From: an uncultured Actinomycetota bacterium
GTDB lineage: Bacteria > Actinomycetota > Actinomycetes > Propionibacteriales > Propionibacteriaceae
DNA length: 64,000 nucleotides
Direction: 5' to 3'
Assembly: GCA_963833925.1 (NCBI GenBank)
Contig: CAWHZT010000017.1
Span: 285,041 to 349,040, forward strand
The notes under the pieces were generated by a model. It saw only the letters and a program-made list of their open reading frames with translations, was not told where the DNA came from and made no database searches. Below are positions 62,440 to 64,000 of this stretch, piece by piece (position 1 is the first letter of the stretch; the number at the start of each line of letters is the position of its first letter). Both the position numbers and the translations under genes were made by a program.

Positions 62440-62500
62440 GGAAACTGGGCCCGAACGACAGCGACACGCCGATGGAAGCTGTCGTTTGCGCCCAGTTTCC
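62440..62500. repeat. Palindrome, family C copy 2
   Basis: GGAAACTGGGCCCGAACGACAGC..GCTGTCGTTTGCGCCCAGTTTCC. Confidence 0.75.
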
Positions 62501-62531
62501 GAGGTAGCTGCAGACGGGGAAGACTGATGGC

Positions 62532-63176
<645 letters not shown>

Positions 63177-63246
63177 CCGGGCAGCCATGTCCGATGTGCG
63201 CGGAGCCTGTTTGAGGTGTCCCGAGCGTGTCAAAGGGCGAGGTGGC

Positions 63247-63867
63247 TCAGGCGAGGTCGTTCAGCTGGATCTCGACGGCGAGGAACTGCTCCGGGAACTG
63301 CTCGAGCACGACCTGACGCGGATCGGCGACCGGATAGATCCGCTTCATGGCCAGCTCCTCGAGCCGGCTCAACCGTGGGTCGGTCAAGACGGCCTCGACG
63401 CTCGCCCGGTCGCCGCCGGCTGCCAGGGCTGCCAGCTGGTCCGCTCTTGGCAGCACCAGCGCGACCATCAGATCCGCCGCTGTCTCCCCGAGCTTTCGAG
63501 CCTGGTTACCGCGTCTGCGGGCATATCGCTGCTGCGACCATCCGCCGGCCTTGGTTCGGCCCTGGACGTACGCCGTCTCGATCTTGGATGCCGCGAGTCG
63601 CCGGCCCTCGAACACCCCAACGGCCACCCCGCCGCGGCGGATGAGCAGTGCGCCGACCGTGCGCTCCCGGGTCGTGTGGGCTACCAGGCCGGCCAAGGTC
63701 GTCTCGAGGAGCGGTGGGAACGGAACCCGCACGACGGCCGTGGCGCCGTCCTCCGCCGTCAGCTGGACCTCGTTCGCGTCGACCGCGAGTCCAGGCGGCC
63801 CGTGTCGTTCGGTGAACCCACCCAGCCAGCGTTCGAGCCTCGCGGCATCGACCCTGACCGTCCGCAT
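63247..63867 (-). CDS. acVLRF1-family peptidyl-tRNA hydrolase (actinobacterial Vms1-like release factor)
   Basis: LLIRRGG.AVG, YVQGRTKAGGWSQQRYARRR, AGGDR. Confidence 0.9.
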   Translation of the reverse strand: MRTVRVDAARLERWLGGFTERHGPPGLAVDANEVQLTAEDGATAVVRVPFPPLLETTLAGLVAHTTRERTVGALLIRRGGVAVGVFEGRRLAASKIETAYVQGRTKAGGWSQQRYARRRGNQARKLGETAADLMVALVLPRADQLAALAAGGDRASVEAVLTDPRLSRLEELAMKRIYPVADPRQVVLEQFPEQFLAVEIQLNDLA

Positions 63868-64000
63868 GTGCTGCCTCCTCTGCGAGACGGTCCGGCGTGA
63901 GCAATTGTCTAGTGATCGGATGTGCTCCGCAGATGGACAAACCCGCGAGCTTTCGTCCTCGCCATCGGATTCGATGGCGACCGACGGCCGGGGGACAACT

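Overview
High-GC actinobacterial chromosome segment; gene content and style suggest Propionibacteriales (Microlunatus/Friedmanniella-like), which is an inference. The left ~3.3 kb is the right end of an actinomycete integrative element (AICE): a frameshifted RepSA, a large intergenic stem-loop, Xis and a tyrosine integrase, abutting the 3' end of tRNA-Thr(TGT). The rest is mostly core or near-core genes: manA; a SAM-I riboswitch followed by a ThrC-like enzyme and a MoaD-like sulfur carrier; a large LamG/PKD surface protein (frameshifted); RecQ; glgP; groEL with two CIRCE operators; a zf-UBP / REC-Grx-TrxR-like / cNMP-histidine kinase operon; HelD; XPB and its partner; a cold-shock protein; several MFS/MarR/LysR modules; pyc; pdxH; acVLRF1. 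Most notable observations: (i) the redox two-component operon whose TrxR- and Grx-like domains both lack CxxC; (ii) a Pnkp-like kinase fused to an LLM oxidoreductase; (iii) the SAM-controlled ThrC/MoaD-GGC pair; (iv) several families of fixed-length ~55-62 bp intergenic palindromes plus REP-like and tandem repeats. Indels cluster in the first 15 kb and may be long-read consensus errors. No CRISPR array was found. All annotations come from motif recognition by eye; no database searches were run.
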